From a virus (taxonomy: Duplodnaviria > Caudoviricetes): a stretch of 64,000 bases of DNA. The notes beneath the pieces are model-generated. The model had not been told where the DNA came from and made no database searches. It was given only the letters and a program-made list of their open reading frames with translations. Of the stretch, positions 55,625 to 63,589 are shown in pieces (positions within the stretch are counted from its first letter, which is position 1; each line of letters begins with the position of its first letter). A program made the position numbers and the translations under genes. Location: the IMG/VR virus record IMGVR_UViG_2974736276_000001, positions 1 through 64,000 of that record; one strand, written 5' to 3'.

Positions 55625-55935
55625 TCGGGATTAACCTTTTCAATTTTACGATCAAAACAGATAAGTGAAACAGTCTCAAGACCATCAAACTTATTGTCAA
55701 CGAAGATAACCCGAAGATTATCGTATTTGTTCAGCCAACTTACTTCAGGAGCGGTGGAAATAAAATGCAGATCTTTGAACGGGCCATCAATAAAACGATA
55801 GCGATGAAATGCTAGACCAACCTCTGGTTTCTCATAGCAGTTCCATATCTGGAAATTTTTCAGAAGACGACGATTATCAGCAGCGCCACTCTTGATCAAA
55901 GTCTCTACAAGTTCAATCAGCTTTGGTTGTTTCAT
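55504..55935 (-). CDS. hypothetical protein (vs.7 position); 3' end overlaps the next gene
   Basis: GAGGA SD before MKQPKL. Confidence 0.55.
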   Translation of the reverse strand: MKQPKLIELVETLIKSGAADNRRLLKNFQIWNCYEKPEVGLAFHRYRFIDGPFKDLHFISTAPEVSWLNKYDNLRVIFVDNKFDGLETVSLICFDRKIEKVNPEWRPLISTSLITWSQLSVAGFRILANRISLNPTHKDTSTQ

Positions 55936-56068
55936 CAATATTTTCCTCATCTTTCGGTTCAATTAAGCCATAACGTTCCATGGCTTCAAGCAGCTCTTCG
56001 TGTGACATTGTGTCAATTTTGCGAATGGATTTTGCAAGCCACTCCTACATCATGTCATGACGTTCCAT
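55913..56068 (-). pseudogene. 51-codon ORF interrupted by an in-frame TAG at codon 8
   Basis: MERHDMM*EWLAKSIRKIDTMSHEELLEAMERYGL...; TAATG-coupled to vs.8. Confidence 0.45.
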
Positions 56069-56580
56069 TATTGCATTCCAATCACAAAGAAAAGAGGCAT
56101 TTCAGATGAATTTGTTTTCACCTTATCTTCACATGATTTATAATATCGATACATTTCAATAATTCGAATTGGTTCATCGATAATAATTAATGGTCGTTGT
56201 AAAATTATTCCATCAAACTGGGTATCATCCTGCGATAAAAATGTTCGTTTAGTTGACGCAATTATTTTACGCTGAGTATCTTTACCAATTCTAAAAACAT
56301 CTTTATAAGCCCTTTGAATTCTTTTTGATAATTCCATTGACTGAGACACATTTCCAGAAATGACAATTACATCATTGCCTTCTGCCATCCAGTCCTTGCA
56401 GAATTGAGTAACAGCTTCACTCTTTCCAGTTTGTCGACCAGCATCTACTCGCAATGTGCAATATTCTTGCATAATACAAATTCGATCAAGATATTTAGTA
56501 TGTTCTTTGGCTAACACAGCGTCTGCATGCGAACGAAAGGCATGCATCAGGGTTAGGTAAATCGGTGTTAAGTATTTCAT
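56068..56580 (-). CDS. Vs.8-like P-loop protein
   Basis: YLT..YLTLM.AF..H.DA, YCTLRVDAGRQTGKS, IIDEP, FFVIGMQ. Confidence 0.85.
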   Translation of the reverse strand: MKYLTPIYLTLMHAFRSHADAVLAKEHTKYLDRICIMQEYCTLRVDAGRQTGKSEAVTQFCKDWMAEGNDVIVISGNVSQSMELSKRIQRAYKDVFRIGKDTQRKIIASTKRTFLSQDDTQFDGIILQRPLIIIDEPIRIIEMYRYYKSCEDKVKTNSSEMPLFFVIGMQ

Positions 56581-56735
56581 AGGTTTCTCTTTAGTTGGGC
56601 CATTCCTTGGCACATGAGTAGTCCATTCGATACCGTATGTAAACCTCTTACCGCATTGCGCTCGACCTTGTTACAGGTGGGGAAAGGTCCTTCACTAGAG
56701 GAACGAATGTTCATAGGAGAGGGTCGGTTTGCCTT
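56581..56735 (-). ncRNA. candidate structured leader RNA / uORF upstream of vs.8
   Basis: GC-enriched intergenic region with several stems. Confidence 0.4.
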
Positions 56736-56741
56736 TATTGT

Positions 56742-57146
56742 TTACAGGATTGATTTCCCGTAAAATTTATACCAATGTGGCTTCATAGCAATCTTCTCAT
56801 CAAGACGAGATTGCGATAAAGCAATGTCTGCTTCAGACGGAACGAAATCATTCATGAATCGCAACGGAATATCAGCCACATCTACATGCGTGTTGGTGAT
56901 ATTGATTGCACGTTTTAAGCATTCCTCTATAATAGCATTTTGTCTTAAAAACAAAAAGCCTATTTTGTCATAAAAGAATTTAACATGCCCTGAACCAAGC
57001 CGAAACTCTGATGGGATATCGTCGAACTTATGTTTCTTAGCAACACGTTCACGCACTGCTCCAAAGACCCTAGGCAACTCACGATACTCTGCCATTAAGT
57101 GTTGGTCCATGAGAGTTTCTACGGGTGTTAGGTTAATTCTTGTCAT
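56742..57146 (-). CDS. denV: pyrimidine-dimer glycosylase endonuclease V
   Basis: MTRINLT...[26 protein letters not shown]. Confidence 0.95.
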   Translation of the reverse strand: MTRINLTPVETLMDQHLMAEYRELPRVFGAVRERVAKKHKFDDIPSEFRLGSGHVKFFYDKIGFLFLRQNAIIEECLKRAINITNTHVDVADIPLRFMNDFVPSEADIALSQSRLDEKIAMKPHWYKFYGKSIL

Positions 57147-57207
57147 ATTGATGCCCTCCATTAACTGGAAGACATCATATCACAGAACTATCTGGATGTA
57201 AACTATA

Positions 57208-57507
57208 TTATTTCAGCCAGCTTCTTACAAGTTTAGCTACATCCTTTTCCGCAACGTTCAGTTTCGTGTCAATCATTTTTCCCCCAGCAGCGCGAGTTTG
57301 CTTAACACTAGCCGTGCCTGTAGCAGAATCCCATGTAACGTATACTTGTCCATTATTGATAGCGAATCCTGTACTGTCCTTATTATTGCTAGAAGTGTAG
57401 GAGAATTTAGCATCACCAATAACTGAACCAACTTCCTTTTTAATTCTCATAACAGACGGATGGCCAATCTGTATGCTTTCTGCCAAAAATTCTTTGTAAG
57501 TTTTCAT
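57208..57507 (-). CDS. internal head protein (capsid-targeting sequence; ipII position)
   Basis: MKTYKEFLAE, equivalent to the T4 CTS MKTYQEFIAE. Confidence 0.8.
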   Translation of the reverse strand: MKTYKEFLAESIQIGHPSVMRIKKEVGSVIGDAKFSYTSSNNKDSTGFAINNGQVYVTWDSATGTASVKQTRAAGGKMIDTKLNVAEKDVAKLVRSWLK

Positions 57508-57515
57508 ATTTTCTC

Positions 57516-58004
57516 TTATTTGTATGCGGCTAATGTGCCAGTCTTAAAGACAGAAATCACACGTTTAGCACGATTAGGCGTCTGCGTATACCATTTAGAC
57601 TTGGCTAGATTGACTGCTGCCTGGTCCCACTGTTTGTTCTGAAGAAGTTTCATTGAAGTAGTGAATCCTGCAGCACCTGTAGTTCCAAGCTGGAACACAA
57701 AGTTGATCAACGCCATCTGACGAACTTCATCTAACACAGCCCATACTGGAGCTAGAACAGTGTTAGACTTTATATCACGTGTAGCAGAAGCTACGTCTTT
57801 CTGGAAAAGAGCTTCAGCTTCAGCCATGGTGATAGTACCATTCGTTGAGCGTCCAACTTCTTTATCCAACTGACGAATAGCAGCTGCACGATCAGAACTT
57901 TTCACCAAAAGGTGACCAATACCGACAGTGTAGTAATTAAGCGTGTCAAGATAAATTGATAGCTTAATGCCTTCGTCAAATTTTAGCATTTCAAAAATAG
58001 TCAT
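57516..58004 (-). CDS. e: endolysin (T4 lysozyme)
   Basis: FEML.FDEG...IY.DT..YYT.GIGH (E11/D20/T26), SKWY.QTPNRA.RV. Confidence 0.95.
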   Translation of the reverse strand: MTIFEMLKFDEGIKLSIYLDTLNYYTVGIGHLLVKSSDRAAAIRQLDKEVGRSTNGTITMAEAEALFQKDVASATRDIKSNTVLAPVWAVLDEVRQMALINFVFQLGTTGAAGFTTSMKLLQNKQWDQAAVNLAKSKWYTQTPNRAKRVISVFKTGTLAAYK

Positions 58005-58010
58005 AGATGT

Positions 58011-58035
58011 CTCCTTAGTAACAGGAGTATTTATT
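58011..58035 (-). promoter_or_regulatory. late promoter (AATAAATA) plus SD-occluding hairpin of e
   Basis: AATAAATA-CTCCT-GTTACTA-AGGAG-ACATCT-ATG. Confidence 0.75.
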
Positions 58036-58041
58036 GACTCA

Positions 58042-58515
58042 TTAATGACCGTCGTGGACGGTGAGGTGATTGGTGTAGTAACTAAAGATGTCGTTGGCGA
58101 GGATGATACCAAGGACTTTACCCAAGCTACGACCTGTTCTATCAATGATTTCATTTAAAGGAATCCAGGCAAATTTATCAAATTCTGGATAACTGCCGTA
58201 AGGAGTATGGAATAACTCTGTACAGACACTCTGAGATACATCAGGAAGATCCTGGCCATTGTACATGAAAAGGTGTATATCTTTATTACTAGAGTAGTCG
58301 AAGTGCCCCAGGTCCTTCAGGTCCTCTGATTTGATAGTATGAGAGGTCTCTTCTAGACATTCCCGAACAGCAGCCTGAAGAACAGTTTCATTTTCTTCTA
58401 CATGTCCTTTAGGAATATCCCACTTCTCTGGATATACATTTGTTGCTCGACCCATAAAGATCTTGGTTCTATCTTTATTTAAAAAGATCACGCCAGCAGA
58501 TAATTCTTTTTGCAT
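58042..58515 (-). CDS. nudE: Nudix hydrolase NudE (e.1)
   Basis: [15 protein letters not shown]....[10 protein letters not shown] Nudix box. Confidence 0.92.
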   Translation of the reverse strand: MQKELSAGVIFLNKDRTKIFMGRATNVYPEKWDIPKGHVEENETVLQAAVRECLEETSHTIKSEDLKDLGHFDYSSNKDIHLFMYNGQDLPDVSQSVCTELFHTPYGSYPEFDKFAWIPLNEIIDRTGRSLGKVLGIILANDIFSYYTNHLTVHDGH

Positions 58516-58754
58516 TATCGATTTTTCCATGATAAGTCAGCTACATCTTCCATCACATCAAAAAGGAATGATTTTACATCTTCCGATTCGTTCTTAGATA
58601 CTTCAATACTGAAGTCTGCAATGGGCCCGTTATAATCTATCATTTCTCGTAGTTCTGATTTAATTAGATCTGCAGAAAATTCATTCTCTGCATCGTCAAA
58701 ACAAAATAGACGGGAATCACTATTTTCCCATTTGATATACACAGCACTAGCCAT
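58515..58754 (-). CDS. hypothetical acidic protein
   Basis: ORF track. Confidence 0.6.
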   Translation of the reverse strand: MASAVYIKWENSDSRLFCFDDAENEFSADLIKSELREMIDYNGPIADFSIEVSKNESEDVKSFLFDVMEDVADLSWKNR

Positions 58755-59062
58755 TATAATTCTTCCAAATATTTGTCAACATTGAATTCTTTCTTATCTA
58801 CACGACCAAGATGAACATTACGTGCTGCATGATACATTAACTCATAATTCTTACGAGTTAATTTACCCATGAATCGATCAATCAGATAATCCCAGTCATC
58901 AGGAATCTGTTGAATTACACCGTAAACTTCCGCACCATTGACAATGGAAATAAATTTAACTGCAATTTCATAATGAGATGGAGACATCCAACCCCAATTA
59001 TGAGATACACAACCGACTTCAACACCATCTTTATATGCTTTAGTAAATGTTGGAGAACTCAT
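58754..59062 (-). CDS. hypothetical protein
   Basis: GAGGTG SD. Confidence 0.6.
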   Translation of the reverse strand: MSSPTFTKAYKDGVEVGCVSHNWGWMSPSHYEIAVKFISIVNGAEVYGVIQQIPDDWDYLIDRFMGKLTRKNYELMYHAARNVHLGRVDKKEFNVDKYLEEL

Positions 59063-59071
59063 TTTCTCACC

Positions 59072-59392
59072 TCATTTTCTCAATGAATTTACAAATTCTA
59101 ATGTATCATTAGTTAATATATTGCGTTTGAATCGGAGCTTTTCTAATCGATCAATAAGTGATCTGAACAACAATCCGCTAATCAACCCTGTAAGACCTGG
59201 GCCAGGCAAAATAGAGAAAATACAAATTGCTGCGCCCAAAAGATCCTTTTCACTTTGAGGAGCATTAATCATTTCATTAGCAATAGGCCACCAAAAGAAC
59301 AATGAAAGAATACCGATCGCAAAGGCAATCAGTGATGACAAAACAACTCTGGATTCTTTACTGATTTTCCATTTAGTGTTTAGCATTACCAT
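59072..59392 (-). CDS. two-TM membrane protein (e.2-e.4 type)
   Basis: two TM helices; C-terminal EFVNSLRK. Confidence 0.65.
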   Translation of the reverse strand: MVMLNTKWKISKESRVVLSSLIAFAIGILSLFFWWPIANEMINAPQSEKDLLGAAICIFSILPGPGLTGLISGLLFRSLIDRLEKLRFKRNILTNDTLEFVNSLRK

Positions 59393-60072
59393 CCCTCCAT
59401 CGGGAATTCCAGGTAAACTTGAGCATTAACACGAATCTCATTAGAGATTTTCTTCACTCGGTCTGTGTTACGAGACAGACGACCAAACCAACGCCAACCG
59501 TTAGAAACTGCCTTAGAACCAGTATGCCATGTCTGCCAATCGAATTTCAGTAATGTACGATCTGGTGCTTCATGCTGAGTCAATGTTCCGGCTTCAATAT
59601 GAGCTAATGCTTCTTTATGCCATTGACGATAAATCAAGTCACCGTCTTTCACTTCTTTGAATTCTGCCTCACCTACCAGGAAATGAGTAGGACATACATC
59701 AGCATTTACCAGACCAAGGATGTGTTCTGACTTGTAACGTGGGTTATCATAATCAGGTTGACCGGCAGTGATGAAGTGTTGTCCAACTGGAATGTCTGGG
59801 CGTGGTACATCATCATGATGGAAACCTGGAATTGCTGGGTACCAACCAGGCATCAGCATGTGTACGCGAGAATCAAAGACTACTTCAGAATTATTCCAAT
59901 CATCGGGAAGATTCATGATGAAGCTGCGAGTAATTGGACCACCATTTTTATACGCAAAGTCTAGATCGCTGTTAAAGAACATTGGTTCATTTTTAATAGC
60001 ATCATTATTGATGCGGCCTGCGAATCCACCTACTGAACTGAATTGAGAGTTAAAGATTTTATTGCCTTTCAT
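59386..60072 (-). CDS. putative 2-oxoglutarate/Fe(II) oxygenase (double-stranded beta-helix fold)
   Basis: PGFHHD (HxD), distal WH and R.F.R motifs. Confidence 0.6.
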   Translation of the reverse strand: MKGNKIFNSQFSSVGGFAGRINNDAIKNEPMFFNSDLDFAYKNGGPITRSFIMNLPDDWNNSEVVFDSRVHMLMPGWYPAIPGFHHDDVPRPDIPVGQHFITAGQPDYDNPRYKSEHILGLVNADVCPTHFLVGEAEFKEVKDGDLIYRQWHKEALAHIEAGTLTQHEAPDRTLLKFDWQTWHTGSKAVSNGWRWFGRLSRNTDRVKKISNEIRVNAQVYLEFPMEGW

Positions 60073-60410
60073 TTTGAATTCCTCACTTGTTTAACAAACT
60101 CATTGACTTCAGATGTTAGCTTTATACGTCTAGCTCGTTCTACGTCTTTTTGCAATTTGATAGATTCTTCGGCTTCTTTCTTTCTTTCATCTGAACAAAA
60201 GATACGTTCAGCAGCAGAAACAAAAAATATTCCAGAGCCAAATGTTGCCATTATCATAATTGGAAAAAATGCAAAAAACACTAAGAACGGATTAATATAG
60301 TTCAATAGTAATGCACAAGTCACAAATGTTACTGGTGCTGCTATAAATGCTGTACTGAACCAAAGAACTAAATCAGATACTTTACCTTCAAAAAAATCTG
60401 CTCTGGTCAT
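60069..60410 (-). CDS. two-TM membrane protein (e.2-e.4 type)
   Basis: C-terminal EFVKQVR. Confidence 0.65.
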   Translation of the reverse strand: MTRADFFEGKVSDLVLWFSTAFIAAPVTFVTCALLLNYINPFLVFFAFFPIMIMATFGSGIFFVSAAERIFCSDERKKEAEESIKLQKDVERARRIKLTSEVNEFVKQVRNSK

Positions 60411-60736
60411 TTTCTACAATCCTCGATGAATCTTTCAAATTCGCGTTTAGCTTTGTTCTCAGCAACTCTAATCTTATTAAGCTTTTCCAGCGACCGAGTA
60501 GTTATATTATCACGAATTCTGGCTGGTGTAAACCAGATAATTTCAGCAAGTTTGACGTACCATTCAAAGATTATCGCAAATGCTGTGAACAAAAGAAATC
60601 CAAAGAATATGGGTGTAAAGACATCATCTCCTACTAAAGGATAAATTATCTTCATTCCAAAGAAAGCTGCGATACAAACAAAAAATGCAATAATTATGTT
60701 AACTGGTCCAGTACGAAGTTCATTAAATTTATACAT
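60407..60736 (-). CDS. two-TM membrane protein (e.2-e.4 type)
   Basis: C-terminal RFIEDCRK. Confidence 0.65.
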   Translation of the reverse strand: MYKFNELRTGPVNIIIAFFVCIAAFFGMKIIYPLVGDDVFTPIFFGFLLFTAFAIIFEWYVKLAEIIWFTPARIRDNITTRSLEKLNKIRVAENKAKREFERFIEDCRK

Positions 60737-60743
60737 TTTGACC

Positions 60744-61325
60744 TCAGACTTTAACAGATTCTCGGCACATCGCAATGAAATCAGATAACAGTTCTACGCG
60801 AGCTTCCGGATTTCTATTTTCAATTTTCTTGACTTTTGCAAACACTGCCAAAAGCTTTTCCACATTTTGGTCATAATCTGAATGCGGATAAGAAGAAAGC
60901 TCGTATTTTCCATTATCACCTGCACTGTAAACCAAAGAGACAGGAAATTTTTTACCATCAATGTTACACTCAACATTAAAAATCAAATTAGATCTTATTG
61001 TGCGACCATCACCGAGTTCAAAGTATTCTCCTGATGCAGTGTTCAAACGAACAGTATGATACTTTGTATGATACCCCTTTGTTACAACTGCACCATAAGT
61101 ACAAATGAGTTCTTTAGCTACAGATTCAAAGTTCTTTGCAACATATATCAAAGGGTTTAAAGGAGTATTTGAATGTCTATTTTTAATGTAGTAATAATCA
61201 TCACTAACTATAAATTTATCTAAACAATCGCTTTTTACAAGAAAATCAACAAGATTATTTGGATATTTTTTGAATTGATTTCTGATTTGATATTCTTTGC
61301 TCATAATTGACTCCGATTTATTCAC
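60744..61325 (-). CDS. e.5-like protein
   Basis: L.DFL.KS, PLNP; C-terminal DFIAMCR; synteny. Confidence 0.6.
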   Translation of the reverse strand: MNKSESIMSKEYQIRNQFKKYPNNLVDFLVKSDCLDKFIVSDDYYYIKNRHSNTPLNPLIYVAKNFESVAKELICTYGAVVTKGYHTKYHTVRLNTASGEYFELGDGRTIRSNLIFNVECNIDGKKFPVSLVYSAGDNGKYELSSYPHSDYDQNVEKLLAVFAKVKKIENRNPEARVELLSDFIAMCRESVKV

Positions 61326-61333
61326 TCCAAAAG

Positions 61334-61353
61334 ATGGGGACCGAAGTCCCCAT
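61334..61353 (-). terminator. terminator (UUCG)
   Basis: ATGGGGAC-TTCG-GTCCCCAT-CTTTT. Confidence 0.75.
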
Positions 61354-61358
61354 AATTA

Positions 61359-61967
61359 TTAGCCGCGAGACCGCAGTTCTTCCAGGTATTCAGCAACATC
61401 TGCTGAAGTAGTCTGAATTTCCGCAGGCACTTCTGAAGTGTTAAAGGTATCAACACGACGAAGAATTGTTTCAACATCAACATTGGTCAGTTCAGCAGAC
61501 TTGATTACATCAGCTACTGATTCCAGACCCAGTGAATCTGCACTGCGAGCTTCACGAATGTATTCCAGTTTCACTGCCAGATCAGCACGCTGATCATCTA
61601 ATTTAACTACCGCTGATTTAATTTCTTCTTGCAGACCATCGATCTCATCAGCCTTTTTATCAAGAGCTTTTGCAGTATTACGATACAGCAGAGCAAGTTT
61701 CAAATGAGTAGTAAGATCAGTGGTTGGTTGAGTCTTACTGAGATGAATAATCTCTTTTTCTTTTGAAGCTTGACGAGTACGTTTTTCTTCTGCCAGAGCT
61801 TTCAGACGAACTTTTTCTGCTTTGGAGTTAACAAAACGAGTTTGTAGTACATGAATCTTGTCAATCAAGATGTTTGCCGCTTCAGTGTACTGGTCTTCAA
61901 CAGAAGTGTTGCGAGACATGAAGGTACCCAGTTTAGCGCGGATGAAAGCAACGAGTTTCTTAAGCAT
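61359..61967 (-). CDS. e.6-like coiled-coil protein (PspA-like)
   Basis: LKKLV.FIR.KLG.FM..N.SVEDQYT.AA. Confidence 0.8.
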   Translation of the reverse strand: MLKKLVAFIRAKLGTFMSRNTSVEDQYTEAANILIDKIHVLQTRFVNSKAEKVRLKALAEEKRTRQASKEKEIIHLSKTQPTTDLTTHLKLALLYRNTAKALDKKADEIDGLQEEIKSAVVKLDDQRADLAVKLEYIREARSADSLGLESVADVIKSAELTNVDVETILRRVDTFNTSEVPAEIQTTSADVAEYLEELRSRG

Positions 61968-62033
61968 AATATTTTCCTATTTGTTTAAAGTGAGATCATT
62001 ATAAATCAGTTTAAAATTAAAGTACACTACTTT

Positions 62034-62399
62034 TCACATTCTTTGATAAATGCAAGATGTCAATAAATCAAATGCTAATGGGCACATATCCATCCACATT
62101 TTTACCTGGCGTTCTTCACAAGGTTCAATCTCTTCAGGCTTGAACTCTATCGCAGACATCAAACCATAAGGATCTGCGAACTGTGAATCTGTGCCGACAA
62201 TCAAATAAACGTCATTATATTTCAAAAGATACTTATGAACCGCCGCGACACCTTTAGTCTTGGAGACAGTACGATAAAAGATATGGGTGTCATTCATTTC
62301 TTCATCTTCATGCATCAGCTTTTTCCTTACGCAGATAAACCGTTTTGCCACCATTCCAGTAGCTATAAAGAACATCAGCACGAAGGTCTTTTTGTTCAA
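62034..62399 (-). CDS. hypothetical protein (start uncertain)
   Basis: ORF track. Confidence 0.5.
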   Translation of the reverse strand: MNKKTFVLMFFIATGMVAKRFICVRKKLMHEDEEMNDTHIFYRTVSKTKGVAAVHKYLLKYNDVYLIVGTDSQFADPYGLMSAIEFKPEEIEPCEERQVKMWMDMCPLAFDLLTSCIYQRM

Positions 62400-62526
62400 C
62401 TAGCCACGCAAGAATTTTTCCACTTGCGGCCTGTTCAATCACAAGAACCCGCAAGAATGCTTGATAATTTTCAGCAGTCAAAGTGAGTGTCAATCCGCTT
62501 GAGTATGCAAGAGTAAATTTAAACAT
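62308..62526 (-). CDS. hypothetical protein
   Basis: ORF track. Confidence 0.55.
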   Translation of the reverse strand: MFKFTLAYSSGLTLTLTAENYQAFLRVLVIEQAASGKILAWLVEQKDLRADVLYSYWNGGKTVYLRKEKADA

Positions 62527-62918
62527 TATTCTTGGCCTTCATCAATCCAGTCATATTCATATGAAGTCACTTGAAGACCTTCAACGCGAGAATTCTTATA
62601 GATTGCAAAGTGATCGCATACATCACCATCACTGTTCAGATCGAGTTGAATCAGAACACTTTTAGAAGTACCATGACCTTTGCAGCCATGATGAGTCTGT
62701 ACTTCTTCAATCAGCTCTTCAAGAGCAGCTTTTGCAGCAAATGTCTTTTGTTGAAGAGAATCAGCATACATACTAAGAACACGTTGAATAGACAACTTAT
62801 CACCAACCAGATCAATTGTTACAACGTTATCAAACTGGCTGTAAATAGTGTAAGAAACAAAGTGATGCAAGTTCTTTTGCTGTTCAGCGTTCATTTTAAG
62901 TACTGTGCTAAATTTCAT
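62526..62918 (-). CDS. hypothetical early protein
   Basis: GAGGA SD before MKFSTVL. Confidence 0.6.
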   Translation of the reverse strand: MKFSTVLKMNAEQQKNLHHFVSYTIYSQFDNVVTIDLVGDKLSIQRVLSMYADSLQQKTFAAKAALEELIEEVQTHHGCKGHGTSKSVLIQLDLNSDGDVCDHFAIYKNSRVEGLQVTSYEYDWIDEGQE

Positions 62919-62926
62919 TATGTTAT

Positions 62927-63010
62927 CCTCAGATTTAGTCCGTTTGGACTTGATGGAGCTATAGTACAACAAGTCATTTGGTCTGTACACTACTTTGTGA
63001 AAATTTTTCA
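62927..63010 (-). promoter_or_regulatory. early promoter-stem-loop-SD cassette
   Basis: GTGTAC...TACTAT-AGCTCCATCAAGTCC-AAAC-GGACT...GAGG. Confidence 0.75.
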
Positions 63011-63029
63011 CTGGTCTAGAAACAGCAAT

Positions 63030-63049
63030 GCCCAGAACAATGTCTGGGC
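63030..63049. repeat. hairpin repeat copy 1 (GCCCAGA..TCTGGGC)
   Basis: 19/20 identical to 63361-63380. Confidence 0.85.
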
Positions 63050-63055
63050 AGTATC

Positions 63056-63316
63056 TTACGGTCGAATGATTTTCGCTAGTTCTTCCATGTGATGGCGAAC
63101 TTCTTTCTTGTGATCAGCATGGTCTTTAGAACCTTCGCCTTTTTTATCTTTAGCATCAGCATCTTTTAGAAGCTTGACGAGTTCATCACGTCGACCTTCT
63201 TTACCAGCTTTAGTTTCTGCTTTACTGAAGAATTTTACTGCTTCACCTACATCTTTAAACTCTGGTACGCGTTTAACGTCTTCTGACTCTGTTAAGAATT
63301 CTTTATATGTTTTCAT
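63056..63316 (-). CDS. internal head protein (capsid-targeting sequence), highly charged
   Basis: MKTYKEFLTE; late promoter upstream. Confidence 0.8.
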   Translation of the reverse strand: MKTYKEFLTESEDVKRVPEFKDVGEAVKFFSKAETKAGKEGRRDELVKLLKDADAKDKKGEGSKDHADHKKEVRHHMEELAKIIRP

Positions 63317-63345
63317 TTAATTCACCGACTGTTGGAAGATATCGG

Positions 63346-63353
63346 TATTTATA
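63346..63353 (-). promoter_or_regulatory. late promoter TATAAATA
   Basis: exact consensus upstream of the IP gene. Confidence 0.85.
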
Positions 63354-63357
63354 CTAC

Positions 63358-63382
63358 AAAGCCCAGAACAAAGTCTGGGCTT
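63358..63382 (-). terminator. hairpin repeat copy 2 / terminator
   Basis: AAGCCCAGA-CTTTGT-TCTGGGCTTT. Confidence 0.7.
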
Positions 63383-63585
63383 AAAATCGACAGCATCACG
63401 TACTGGCACATGACCTGCGAATATTCATTAACTCTAGCTCGGAGGCATCAGTCTCACCAGAGAAATATAGCGTGTACCGGAGATGCCTTACAGGGCAGAG
63501 CTTTTATGCCTAATCAAAGAACACTTTTCGGGACGAACCCGCCGACTATATACACGACTCAGTGATAGCAGCTGTAACCGCACAT
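63383..63585 (-). ncRNA. candidate ~200-nt structured ncRNA
   Basis: GC-enriched, no - strand ORF in the ORF track, closing stem ACAGC.ATCAC/GTGATGCTGT, multiple nested and crossing helices. Confidence 0.6.
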
Positions 63586-63589
63586 CAAA

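Noticed and set aside
58005-58154. 50-aa Ser/Thr/Pro-rich N-terminal extension of the endolysin (212-aa ORF call)
   Set aside because: It overlaps nudE in another frame and lacks a good SD, whereas ATG 58004 has AAGGAG, a late promoter and the T4-type hairpin. A dual start cannot be fully excluded.
63383-63585. Group I or group II intron, tmRNA, RNase P or hammerhead identity for the ncRNA candidate
   Set aside because: There is no interrupted gene, domain V, tRNA-like ends, GAGGAAAGUCC or CUGANGA/GAAA core. The UAUAGUC and GAGACU words that resemble group I S and R elements are short and in reversed order.
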